A DNA stretch of 64,000 nucleotides from Scenedesmus sp. PABB004 (Eukaryota): NCBI GenBank assembly GCA_014905635.1, contig JABVCE010000017.1, positions 248,001 through 312,000 on the forward strand, in the 5' to 3' direction. Shown here piece by piece: positions 35,880 through 46,900 of this stretch. Position 1 is the first letter of the stretch, and each line of letters starts with the position of its first letter. Both the position numbers and the translations under genes were made by a program. The notes below the pieces were generated by a model. It was given only the letters and a program-made list of their open reading frames with translations, ran no database searches and was not told the DNA's origin.

Positions 35880-38737
35880 GGCAGCAGCAGGGGCAGCAGC
35901 GACGGCGGAAGCAGAAGGCCGCGCGGCAGGCGGCCGCTGGCGAGATCAACGGCGCCGCTGCCGGCGGCAGCGCCGCCGCCGCCGCCGCCGGCGGCGGCCC
36001 CATCGCGCAGCTGCTGCTCAAGTGGCGAGAGGAGGGGCTGCCTGAGCCGCAGGTGAGCCGGCGCGCCAGCCCGAGCCGGGCGCTGGGCCGGGGGCAGGGC
36101 GGGGGCCGCGGCGGCGGTCGCGGCCGCAGCAGCCCACGCCCCACCGCGCGCCCCCGCGCCCGCCGCGCCGCCCGCGCGCAGGTGCGGTGGCGTGAGCCCT
36201 CCGCCGGCGACGCCGCGCCGCCAGGCCCGACCGGCGCGGGCGGCAGCGGTGGCGGGCTCGCGCCGGCCGGCCCGCCCGAGGGCTGGCTCGTGCTGGGCAT
36301 TGAGAGCAGCTGCGACGACACCGCCGCCGCGGTCGTGCGCGGCGACGGCACCGTGCTCTCGCACCGCATCGCCTCGCAGGCGCGCGCTGCGCGCGCTGCG
36401 CGCTGTGCTTGCACCGCGCCGCGCCGCGCTCGCCGCCGCGCCGGCCAACCGCCGCACCAACCGCCGCGCCAACCGCTGCCCGCGGCAGGCGGGGCTGCAC
36501 GAGCAGTACGGGGGCGTGAAGCCCGACGTCGCGCGCGACGCGCACGCGGCCGCGATCGACGCGACTGTTGCCGGCGCGATTGCGGCCGCGGGGCTCACGC
36601 CAGCGCAGCTCTCCGCCGTCGCCGTCACGGTCGGGCCGGGGCTGTCGGTCTGCCTGCAGGCGCGCGCGCGCTGCACGCGCCGCGGATTTGCACCGCGCCC
36701 GTGCCCGCCCCGCGCTGAACCCCCGCCGCCCGCCGCTCGGCCAGGTCGGCGTGCGGCACGCGCTGCGCATCGCGGCGGCGCACGGCCTGCCGTGGGTGCC
36801 GGTGCACCACATGGAGGCGCACGCGATGGTCGCCGCGATGCCCGGCGTGCTCGGCGCGGCGGCGGCGCTCGACGCGGCCGACGCGCGCGGCGGCGGCGCG
36901 GCGGGCGCGCGCGCGCAGGAGGGACCGCTCGCGGAGCAGGGCGCGCAGGCGGCGGCGCAGGACGGGCAGGTGGCGGCGGCGGCGCAGGCGGCGGAGCACG
37001 AGGAGGGCGGCGAGCAGCAGCGCATGACCTTCCCGGCCCTCCTGCTGCTCGTGTCCGGCGGCCATAACATGCTGGTGCGCCGCGGCCCCCGCTCGCGCCG
37101 CCGCGCCGCCCGTGACGCGGGCGGGGCCCGCCGCCGCCGCCGCCAGCGTGGCGCCGCGCCGCCGCCGCCGACGTCGCCGTGCCACGCTGCGCGCGCCAGG
37201 TGCGCTGCGAGGGCGTGGGCCGGCACACCATTCTGGGCACGACCATCGACGACAGCATGGGCGAGGCCTTTGACAAGGTGGCGCGCCTGCTGGGCATCGC
37301 CGCGGTGCCAGGTGCGGCGCGGCGCGGCGGGGGCTTAGTGCCCGGGGCTGCCGCAGCCCAGCGCGCCCGCGGCGCCGGGCGCCGCGGCCGTGCGGAGCCG
37401 CCGCTGCCGCTCCGACGCCCGCGCGCGCGCCGCCCCCCGCACTGGCCGGCGCAGGCGGGCCGCACCTGGAGCGCCTCGCGTCGACCGCGGGCCCGGCCGA
37501 CGTCGCGGCGCTGAAGGGCCGCGTCGCGCTGCCGATGCGGCGCGACACGACGAGCTGCAACTTCAGCTTCAGGTGCGTTCAGGGTCTAGGTTTCAGGGTT
37601 GAAGGATTATGGGTTGAGGGTTACAGATAAACCAGCCGCTAGCTGCAGCCTCACGCGCTCACGCGCGTGCCGACGCATCGCCTCACCCCCCACCACCACC
37701 GCCGCCGCCGCAGCGGCATGAAGACGGCCGTGGCCAAGCTGGTCGAGTCCGAGCGCGCCGCGCTGCGCGACGCCGGCGCCGACGACGATGCCGCGCTCGG
37801 CAGGTCCGCCCCGCGCGGCGCGCGGCGCGCCCCCGGCCCTGCTCTCCCTTCCTTTCAAGCCCCAGCCCAGCGCTCGCATCACCCGCGCGCCCCCTCGCCG
37901 CCTCACCCCCTCTGCCGCCGCCGCCGCCGCCTCGGCCGCCTCGGCCGCCTCGGCCGCAGGTTCAACGCCGCGGTCGCGGCGGCGTTCCAGGAGACGAGCG
38001 TTCGCTTCCTCGCGGAGCGCACGGCGCGCGCGCTGGCGCGCTGCGCCAGCGACGCGGCGGGTGCGACGCGTGCGGCGCCGGCGGGCGGCGGCGTGCCGCT
38101 CTCGCGCCGCTCTCGCCGCCGCTGGCTCCCTCCCCTCACGAGCTCACGAGCGCACTGAGTTGAGCGCACGCCGCCCGCCCGCGCGGCGCAGAGGCGGGGC
38201 AGCCCATGGTCACCTGCCTCGTCGTCGCCGGCGGCGTCGCGGCCAACGCCAAGGTGCGCCGCCGCCGCCGCCGCCACCCTCCCGCCCTCCGCCCCCCGCC
38301 CCCCTCCCTCGCCCCTTCCCGCGCCCCTCTTCCGCGCCCGCCCGCCCGCACCACCACAAACAGCACGCCACACCGCACACCGACCCCCCGCGCAGGTGCG
38401 CGCCGCACTGCGCGGCGTGGCAGACTCGTTCGGCCTGCCCTGCCTCGCGCCGCCGCCGCGCTTCTGCTCTGACAATGGCATCATGGTCGCCTGGACCGGC
38501 GTGGAGCGCGCGCGGCTCGGGCTCTGCCGCCCGCCGCCGCCATCGGTCGACCAGGCGCGGCGCGGCGCGCCGCGCGTGGCGCGGTGCATTGCCGCGCCCG
38601 ACCGCCCCCGCACCGCGGCGTCCCGCGCCCCTGCCGACCCGGCCCGCCCGCGCCGCCGGCGCCCCCGCCCGCAGGTCGACGCGGCGGTGGAGGTGCTGCC
38701 GCGCTGGCCGCTCGGCCCGTGGACGCGCGAGGAATGA
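34112..38737 (+). CDS. tsaD: Fusion protein: HIT-family hydrolase + TsaE (YjeE) ATPase + TsaD/Qri7-type tRNA t6A threonylcarbamoyltransferase, 15 exons
   Basis: Exons 34112-34429, 34566-34700, 34805-35052, 35167-35496, 35623-36052, 36182-36379, 36489-36659, 36745-37074, 37200-37311, 37455-37572, 37714-37803, 37960-38060, 38192-38253, 38396-38554 and 38675-38737 splice in frame. HIT: LLDKMPVARGHALLIAK...NNGPAAGQVVPQLHWHVLP. TsaE: GHLGSGKT, VPSPTF, HMDPYRL, IEWP. TsaD: VLGIESSCDDT, GGVKPDVA, VTVGPGL, HHMEAH, LVSGGH, DDSMGEAFDK, FSFSGMKT, VAGGVAAN, CSDNGIMVAW. Confidence 0.9.
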
Positions 38738-39500
38738 GCCCGCAGAACGCCAAGCACTGCAAGCTGCTGCACTGAGGCCGGGCGCGGTCAGCCACGGGGA
38801 GAGAGGCCCCCATGACGCGGCGGTGCCGGGGCGCGGGCTGGGGCGAACCCCGGCCCCGCAGCGCTCGGCGGCCTGCGGCGCGGCCGCGGCATGTGTGGCC
38901 GGCGCGTCGGTCGAGCGGCGCGGCTTTCACACCAGTCACAGCAGCAACCCGCGCCGTCCCCGCTGACCCCCGCCGCCGGTTGACCAGGCAACCAATCGAC
39001 AATGCATCGGGCCGCCAGCCCGCCCGGCGCAGTCCTGAGCCAGAGCGTCAACAGATCTGTTCGAACCACGCCCTGCGTGGCGCCATGCGGAATGTGCAGG
39101 CCGCCCCGGCTCACCGCCCAGCTCGCCGCCCGCCCCACCTCGCTGCCCGCCCCAGTTCGCCGCCCACCCGACCGCCAGCCGCGTGTGCGTCCGCCGCACG
39201 CGCGCACACGCACGCGCGCACACGCACGCGCGTTTGACCACGCCTGCAGCTGCTGGGCGACGTAACCAACGCCGCCGAGCATAGGAGTAGAGTGAGGAGG
39301 GGCGTTTGAATGCAAGGTTGGGGTGATTTCTCAAGTGACCCCACCTCTCAAAAGTGCGCGCCGGCCGCACCGCGCTGCCGCTCAACCGCGGCGCCCGCCG
39401 CGCGGCGGCAGCGCGGGCGCCGTGCTGCTGCACGTGTGCGCGCGTCCACGCGCAGGTGCAGCTCCCAGCCAACAGCCAGCAGGTGCCGCGCGTGCGCGCG

Positions 39501-39566
39501 CAAACCAACCCCCGTGCGTGCGTGAGAACCCAAACCAACCCCCGTGTGTGTGTGAGAACCCAAACC
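39501..39566. repeat. Short tandem repeat (~30 bp unit, just over 2 copies) between convergent 3' ends
   Basis: CAAACCAACCCCCGTG(C/T)GTG(C/T)GTGAGAACC repeated. Confidence 0.85.
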
Positions 39567-39711
39567 GAGCCGCGTGCTCGGGCGGCGGCGCAGGCAAGAG
39601 CGGCGCACACCCAAGCAAGCCCGACGGCCCCCCCGACCGCGAAAGAGCGGGCGCGCCGTGCTCCTGCACGTGGGCGCGACAGCGCGTGGCGCAGCAAAGC
39701 GCGTGCCCTTG

Positions 39712-41041
39712 TCACAGCTGCCGCAGCGGGCAGCCGCGCAGCGCGGCGGCCGTCACGAGGACGACCCACGCCGCGCTGTGCGCGAGCAGCACGCCGGCGA
39801 CTTCGACCGCCCACGGCCACGGCAGCGCCGCGGGCGGCGGCCGGCGCGCGGCGGCCGCCGCCGCGGCGGCGAAGCGGCGCCGGCTGAAGTGCGCGTGCGC
39901 GTGCGCGCCGGCGAGGGGGACCGCGACGCCAAGGAGCAGCGAGGTGCAGAGCACGACGCACCCGCACGCGCACGCCGCGCTCGGCGCGGCGTGCCCTGGC
40001 GGCGCCCCCGCCACGCCGAGCGCCCACGGCTGCAGCAGCGCAAAGGCGCGCTGGAGCAGCGGGGCGTAAAACGGCGCCGCGCCGAACTTGGCGCACAGCG
40101 GCGGCGTGAGCGCGGCCGCGAGCGCCGCCCAGGCGCCGGCCTGCGCCGCCGCGAGCTGCCCGAGCGGCAGCGGCTTGAGCGCGGCAGACATGGCGAGATA
40201 GAGGGCGCCCGAGTCCCTGCGCGCGAACGCGTGGCGGCGGCGGCGGCGGCAGGGACCGCGCGGGCACCCCGGTCAGCCTGCCAGCGCCGCGCTGCGTGCA
40301 TCTGGGGGCTCCCGGCGGCGCCGCACAGGTCTGTGCGCCGCCTTGTGCCGCGCGCCGCACCAGAAGAGCGACTGCGTGAAGCGGCGCCAGTCGAGGTCCC
40401 AAAACGTGACGCAGCTGCTGTTCAGGGCCGCCACAATCACGGTGTCGAGCAGCTTCCATGCCAGCACGAGGCGGTTGCGCCACCGCCAGTCCCAACGCCG
40501 CGCGCCCGCGCGCGGCGCGGGCGCGCGCGCCGCGCGGCGCGCCGCCGCCGCGGAGGCCAGCTGCAGCAGCGCCGACGCGAGGCTCGCGCCGCTGATGCCC
40601 CTGCGACAGGCGGCGGCGCAGTTCGGCGGTGGTGCCCGGGTCCGCGCGCGCCGCAGAGGCGAGAAAAACTCCGCGCGCCGCGTCGCACCAGAGGCAGTCA
40701 CGCATGCCCTGCGCCCAGACGTAGAAGCAGCCGCAGAGGGACATCGCCACCAGCGCCGCCGCCGCCGGGAGGTCGTGCACGGCGGCGCGCCGCTCCGCGA
40801 GCTGTGCCTGATACGCCGCCTCGACCTCAGGCGCGACAAAATTGAGCCGCCAGGGGTTCTGCACGAAGGCGCCGTCCGCGGGCAGCTCGTGCGGCAGGCG
40901 CAGCGCGGCGGGCGAGGCACCAGCGTGCGGCGCCGGTGCCGCCGCCGCGCTGCTGCCGTCGCCGGCGCCGCCCGCCAGCGCCGCCGCCGCCAGCGCCCCG
41001 GGCCGGGCGCGCGTTCGTGAGCCTGAGCTGCTGCTGGCCAT
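39712..41041 (-). CDS. Hypothetical multi-pass membrane protein
   Basis: Three exons: ...PWRLNFVAPEVEAAYQ...AALVAMSLCGCFYVW...|GISGASLASALLQL...WRNRLVLAWKLL...|...CVVLCTSLLLGVAVPL...AWVVLVTAAALRGCPLRQL*. Several hydrophobic segments; no family recognised. Confidence 0.65.
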
Positions 41042-41300
41042 GCCGGCGCCGCGTACGGCTTGCGGGGCGTCCTTGGTGGGCCGGCCGCCGCCGGCGCAGC
41101 AGCAGTGATGGCCCGGCCCGGCGCCCCCAGCCCCGCAGCGCCGTGCGCGCCACCCGATCAGGCCGGTCTGTGAGCGGCGGCGGCCCTCGGGGCAGCGGCC
41201 CGTTGGTTGAGTTGCCTAAGACCCGCGGCGGTGGCGCGTCGCGGTGACGTGCCGGCGGCCGGCCGGGTGGCGCGCGCCGCCGAGGCCCCACGCTCCACGG

Positions 41301-41305
41301 TTACA
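41301..41305 (-). promoter_or_regulatory. TGTAA candidate polyadenylation signal for the reticulon gene
   Basis: TTACA on the + strand, ~360 nt downstream of the reticulon stop. Confidence 0.5.
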
Positions 41306-41665
41306 CGGACCGATTGCGGCAGCAGTGTGTCGCCGGGTCAGCGCGGCCCGCGGGGACGGGAGACCGCGTGCTGGGCGTGCGTTGTACATGCGCGGCGGTG
41401 CGAGGGCCGCCGCACCGCCCGGGGCGACGCGGGAGGTACGGCCGCCCGCTCGCCCGCCGGCGGTGACGCGCGGCGCTGGACCGCGCCGCCCCTCCCCGCT
41501 CTCCGGCCAGGCGGCGGCGCGGATGCGCGTGATGCGATGCCCACTCCCCCTCCCCACCCACGCCCCGCCCACCCCACACCCCGCCCCCGCAACCCTTCCC
41601 CGCAGCGCCGCGCGCTGGCACCGCCCGCTGGCGCCGCCGCGCGGGCAGCGCGGCGCCCCGCCGGC

Positions 41666-43205
41666 TCACTCGGTCTTGCTCGCGGCCGGGCGGGCGCCCT
41701 TCTGGGGCGTGAGGCGGTTGATCAGGTCGGTCGCCTGCGGCAGCGGCGGCGGCGGCGGCGCGGACGCGGACCGCGTCGGCAGCGGGCGCCGCGGCCAAAA
41801 GCTCGCAGCCCCGCGCGCGGCTGCCCGCCGGCCCCGCGCCGCGCGCACGCAACCCGCGCGACCCCGCCCGCGCCCAGAACCGTTCAGCCCTCAAGTCCCC
41901 GAGCCCCGCGCCAGCCCCCCGCAAAGCCGCGCCGCGCGCCTGCTTGCGCGTGTTGGCGTAGTGCACCGCCGCCGCGTCGCGCGCCGCGCGCGCCGCGCCG
42001 TCGATCTCGTCCTTCCGCATCTCATACACCTTCGGCAGGCTGAACGCGCCGAGCACGACTGCGGGTTTGGGTGCGACCGATGGCCGCGTTTGACATGGTC
42101 GGCGGCCGCGTTGGGGGAAGAGGGCGGGCGGGGCGTGGGCTTGGCGGCAAGCGGCGCCGTCCGCCCCGCTGCCCGCCCGGCGCAGAGCGCGCGCGGCGCA
42201 GCACGCGCAGCACGCGCACGCACCGGCGTAGAGCAGCCCCACGGGCGTGATGATGCGCCCGACCCAGCCGGCCACCCAGAGCGCGGCAAAGGCCTTGCCC
42301 GCGAGCGGGAGGTCGGACCCGGAGAGCACGCGGCCGAGCAGGGAGAGCGCGACGTTGGCGCCGCGGGCCGCCTTGTCGGCGAGTGCGCGCGCGGTCGCCT
42401 CGTCGACGCCCGTGCGCAGCACGGCGGGCAGGTGGTCGGCGGGGCCGGTCCTGCGGAGGGTCAGCGGCGCGGGCCGCGGCGGCGCGGGGCGCGCGTCGGC
42501 GAGCGCGTGCGCTGGTCGGCACGCGCCGTCGGGAGGGGGCCGCCGCCCGCCGCCCGGCGCGCGCGGGGCAGGGACGGGGAGGGGCGCCGCGCGGGACTCA
42601 CGAGCCGGTGAAGCGCGCGGCGACGGCCCAGAGCACGCAGCCGAGCACCGCGATCAGGCCCAGGTTGCTCAGCCAGGTGAGCAGCGGCACGCCGCTCCAC
42701 TCCAGAAGCAGGTACAGCGCCGTCGCGCCGCCCAGCACGGCGCCCGACTTGGGCACGCTGTGCCAGAGCAGCAGGTCCTCCACTGCGCGGCGCGGCGAGT
42801 CGGTTGCGGCGCGGCGCGCGCCGGCGGGCGCGCGATGCGCGGCAGCCCGCGCCGTGCCGCCGCCCGCAAGCCAGCGCGCCGGGGCGGCGCGGGGGTGCGG
42901 CGCGCGGGCGCCGCGCCACGCCACGGCGCCGGAGAGGGGCGGGAGGGGCGCAACCAACTGTCGCGGCGCCCTCGCGCGCCAGAGCCGTTGCGGGCCCGCA
43001 CGCGAGCTCTGGCGAGAGATCAGACGACGGCCTGGGTCTACGCGCCGATCGGGCGCCGGGCGCGCCCGCACGGCGCCGGGAGCGGGCGCGTGCGCCGCAT
43101 GCAACCCCCGCGCCGGCGCCTACGGCGCGCGGCGCGGCCCCGCGGCCCGCCAGGGCGCGCACCTGCTTGCAACTGCGCGGGAAGCTGCACCTTGCGGACC
43201 GCCAT
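41666..43205 (-). CDS. Reticulon-like ER-shaping protein
   Basis: VEDLLLWHSVPKSGAVLGGATALYLLLEW, two long hydrophobic hairpins, and AFSLPKVYEMRKDEID, which matches the reticulon homology domain. Five exons. Confidence 0.9.
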
Positions 43206-43904
43206 GATGGCCTGCTGCTGCTGTGCGCGCAGGTGAGCGAGGAGGGTGCTGGGACGGCGCCGAGGGCGGGAGGCTGCTGGGAGGCGCTGGCGAGGGGAGT
43301 GCGAGTCGCGGGCGCGCGGCTGGCGAGCGTCCCAGGGCGCGCAGCTGCACCGCGACCGCGGAGCTGCTGCGCTGGGCAAGCCCCAGGCGCGCCCCGCCCG
43401 CTCCCAGCTGCCCTCCGCAACCGGCGCTCCGCGATCAGACCGCTCCCACACCGCCTGCGTCGCCCCCCGCTGCCGGGCCCGGACAGCCCGGACAGCCGGC
43501 AGCAGCAGACCACTCCGGCAGCAGCGCGCGCACCAGCCCGCCAAGGCCCCGCCCCCGCCCGGCAGCTGCCGCCCGGGCGGAGCCGAGCCGCTGGGCGCGC
43601 GCCAGCGGCCCGTGCGCGCGCCGGCAGCGCCGGCAGCAGCGGCGCGCGCCGCCGCGCCGGCGCGACGCCCGATCGGCGCCGGCGGCCGCCCCTCCGCGCA
43701 CCGGCGCCCGCGCCGCGCCGTCCCCGGCGCCGGAGCGATGCGCTGAGCAGCGCCGCCGCGCCGCCAGCCCGCGAGCAGCCCCCGGCGCCGCCGCCGCCGG
43801 CGCCTCAGCGCCCGGCGCGCCGCCGCGCGGCGGCCGCAGCAGCCCCCGCGCGTCGTCGCCGTCGCCGCCGCTGCCGCTGCCGCCGGCCCGCCGCCGCCGC
43901 CGGC

Positions 43905-46900
43905 ATGGGCTGCGGCGGCAGCAAGGAGGGCCCGGGCGGCGCGCGCAGCGCCGCGAGCCGCAAGTACCTGGCCGCTCACGCGGCGGGCCACGGCGGCGAC
44001 CCCGGCGCGCCGGGCTTCACTGGCATCGATCTGTACAACTCGGCGCCCGCGGGGCCGCTGACCGCGCGCGAATACAAGGCGCGGCTCGTGACGAGCGAGG
44101 GCACGCAGTGCGTGACGCTGCCGCGCAGCGGCTACACGATCCGCTACGCTTATGTGAGCCAGCGCGGCTACTACCCTGACTCGCCCGACAAGCCCAACCA
44201 GGCGCGGCGCGCGGCGCTTGCTCGTTGTGCTGCGTGCGGCGCTTGCTGCGCGCGCCGCGCATTCGGGGCCGGCCGGCGCGCATTGGGTCGCCGCCGCGCG
44301 GCCGCGCGGCGGCGGCCGCCGCCGCCCACGCCCGCCTGAACCCGGGCTCGCCCCGCACCCCGCCCGGCCGCGCGCGCGCGCAGGACTCGTTCTGCGTGCA
44401 CACGAGCTTCAACGGCGACCCCGAGCAGCACCTGTTTGGCGTGTTTGACGGCCACGGCGACGCGGGGACGCTCAGCAGCCAGTTTGCGCGAGACAAGGCG
44501 CGGCGCCGGCGGCCGCGGCCGCAGTGGCGTGCGCGCGGCGGCGGGCAGCGGGCAGCGGCGCCCGCGCCGCGCGCCCGCGCCGCGCACCTGCCCCGCCGCG
44601 CCGCCCCGGTCGCCGCCCCGCCTAAACCCTGCCCCGTGCTGCGCCGCGCGGCGCACGCGCAGGTCCCGCTCAACCTGCTCGCGAGCGCGCACTTCAACAC
44701 CAACCCCGCCCTCGCCTTCCACCAGGCCATGGTCGCGACCAACCTGCAGTGCCACAGGCGCGGCGGCGGCGGCGGCGGCGGCGGCGGGAGCGCTGCAGCA
44801 GCGGCGCTGCAGCGGCGCCGGGCGCGGCCGCCCCGCAACCCCGCGTCCGCCCCAGCGCCCGCCGGCGCGCCCGCCGCCGGCGCCCCTGCAACCTCCCCTC
44901 AAAAGTCCCCTCTCTAACGCCCTGAACCCCGACACCCGCCCCCTGAACCCTGACAACCCCTAAACCCCAGGTCTGACTTTGACGACAGCATGTCCGGCAC
45001 GACCGCGATCGCCGTGCTCATACGCGGCCGCTCGCTGCTTGTGGCCAACGTCGGCGACTCGCGCGCGGTGCTCGGCGAGCGCGTGCCGCCGGGGCACGGC
45101 GGCGGCGGCGGCGCCGGCGGGTTCATCGCGCGGGACCTGTCGATCGACCAGACGCCGTACCGGTGCGTTGTTTGAATGGTTGAATGTGTTGTTTCAATGT
45201 TTGAATGTGTTGGGGCGGGCAGCGGGCGCGCGGGCGGCGGGCGCGCGCCGGGTGGCGGGCCGGGCCGCCGCCGGCGCGCCCACGCCTGCCCGCCCGCCCG
45301 GCGCGCAGGCGGGACGAGTGCGAGCGCGTGAAGGCCGCCGGCGCGCGCGTGCTCACGCTCGATCAGGTGCGCAGCGGGGTTTAGCGCGTGACCCCCAACA
45401 GGGGTTTTGCGGGTCGAGTGGTCGCAGCGCGCGCGGTCTCGGCCGCCGCCGCCGCGAGGCGCCGGCGGCGCTCGGCGCTCGCCCCGCGCCCGCCCGCCCC
45501 TGGCGGCGCGCCGCGCCGCCTCACCCCCGCCGCGCTCCGCCGCCTGAACCCCGCCGTGCCGCCGGCCGGCCTAAACCCCGCCGCCGCCAGATCGAGGGCC
45601 TCAAGGACCCCAGCCTCGAGGCGTGGACGACGGAGGAGGAGGACGACGGCGACCCGCCGCGCCTCTGGTTTCCCAACGGCATGTACCCGGGCACCGCCTT
45701 CACGCGCTCCATCGGCGACGCGGGTGCGCGCTGCTGCGTGACCGCTGCTTCGGGCGTGCGCGCCTGGGCGGGTTGGCCCCGCGCGCCGCGACCCCGCCGC
45801 TCACACCCCGCCTCTCCTTAACCCCTCCACCCGCGTTCGCAAACCGCGCCCCGAAACACCCCGCAACACCCCGCAACCCCCCGCAAAACCCCGCGCCCGC
45901 CCCAGCCGCGGAGCGCATCGGCGTCTTTGCCGAGCCCGAGCTCGAGTTCCGGCACCTCGGCCCCGCCGACACCTTCCTGGTCATTGCAAGCGACGGCGTG
46001 TTTGAGTTCATCTCGAGCCAGCGCGTCGTCGACATGGTGCGCCGCGCGAGGGTTTAGGGTTCAGCACAGGGTTACGCAGGGTTGAGGGCGCGCGCTGCGG
46101 CGTCGCTGCTGCCCGGGCGCCTGCCTGCTAAACCCCGGAACCGCCCCGCCGCCGCCCCAAAACCCTGCCGGGCCGCCAGGTCTCCAAGTTTGACGACCCG
46201 CACGAGGCGTGCCTCTCGGTGGTGGCCGAGTCGTACCGCCTCTGGCTGCAGGTGGGTCACGCAGAACCCCGGCTGCCGGGGTTTGGAGGAGGGCTCTGAG
46301 CTGGGCGTTGGGCGGCGCTGCCTCCGCGCGCGGCGCTCGCCCGCGCGCGGGGCGCCCGCCCGCCCGTCCCGCCGCCCGCCCGCCTGCGCGCCTCCCGACT
46401 CGGACCGTCACACTCACACTCGAATCGTCGATTCAAATTCAAATTCAACCCCCTCCGCAGTACGAGACGCGCACGGATGACATCACCATGATAATGCTGC
46501 AGCTCAGCGGCCTCGAGACGCCCCCGCCCGGCGCGGTCTCGTCCCTCGCGCGCACCAGGTGGGCCCGCCGCCCGCCCGCCCGCCTGCGCGCCGCCGCCGC
46601 CGCCGCCGCCGCCGCCTGGGTGCGGGCGCCCGGCCCTCAACACCCCGCCGCCGCCGCCCGCCGGGCCAAAAACCTGAAACCTAAAACCCGCCTCGCCCCT
46701 AAACCCAGCCTCGGATACCAGCAGTATGCCCAGACGTCATACCAGCAGGGCCAGGCGGCCGCGGCGCAGCAGGCCGCAGCGGCGGCGCAGGAGGCCGCGG
46801 CCGCGGCGGCGGCGGCGCCGCGGCCGCGGCCGCGGCGGCGCAGCAGGAGGAGGCGGCCGCCGCGGCGGCGGCGGCGGGCCAGCAACCGCCGGCGCCCGCG

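Noticed and set aside
34112..38737. Bacterial contamination or a recent prokaryotic operon as the source of tsaE/tsaD
   Set aside because: The gene has 14 spliceosomal introns with the same splice signals and composition as the flanking algal genes.
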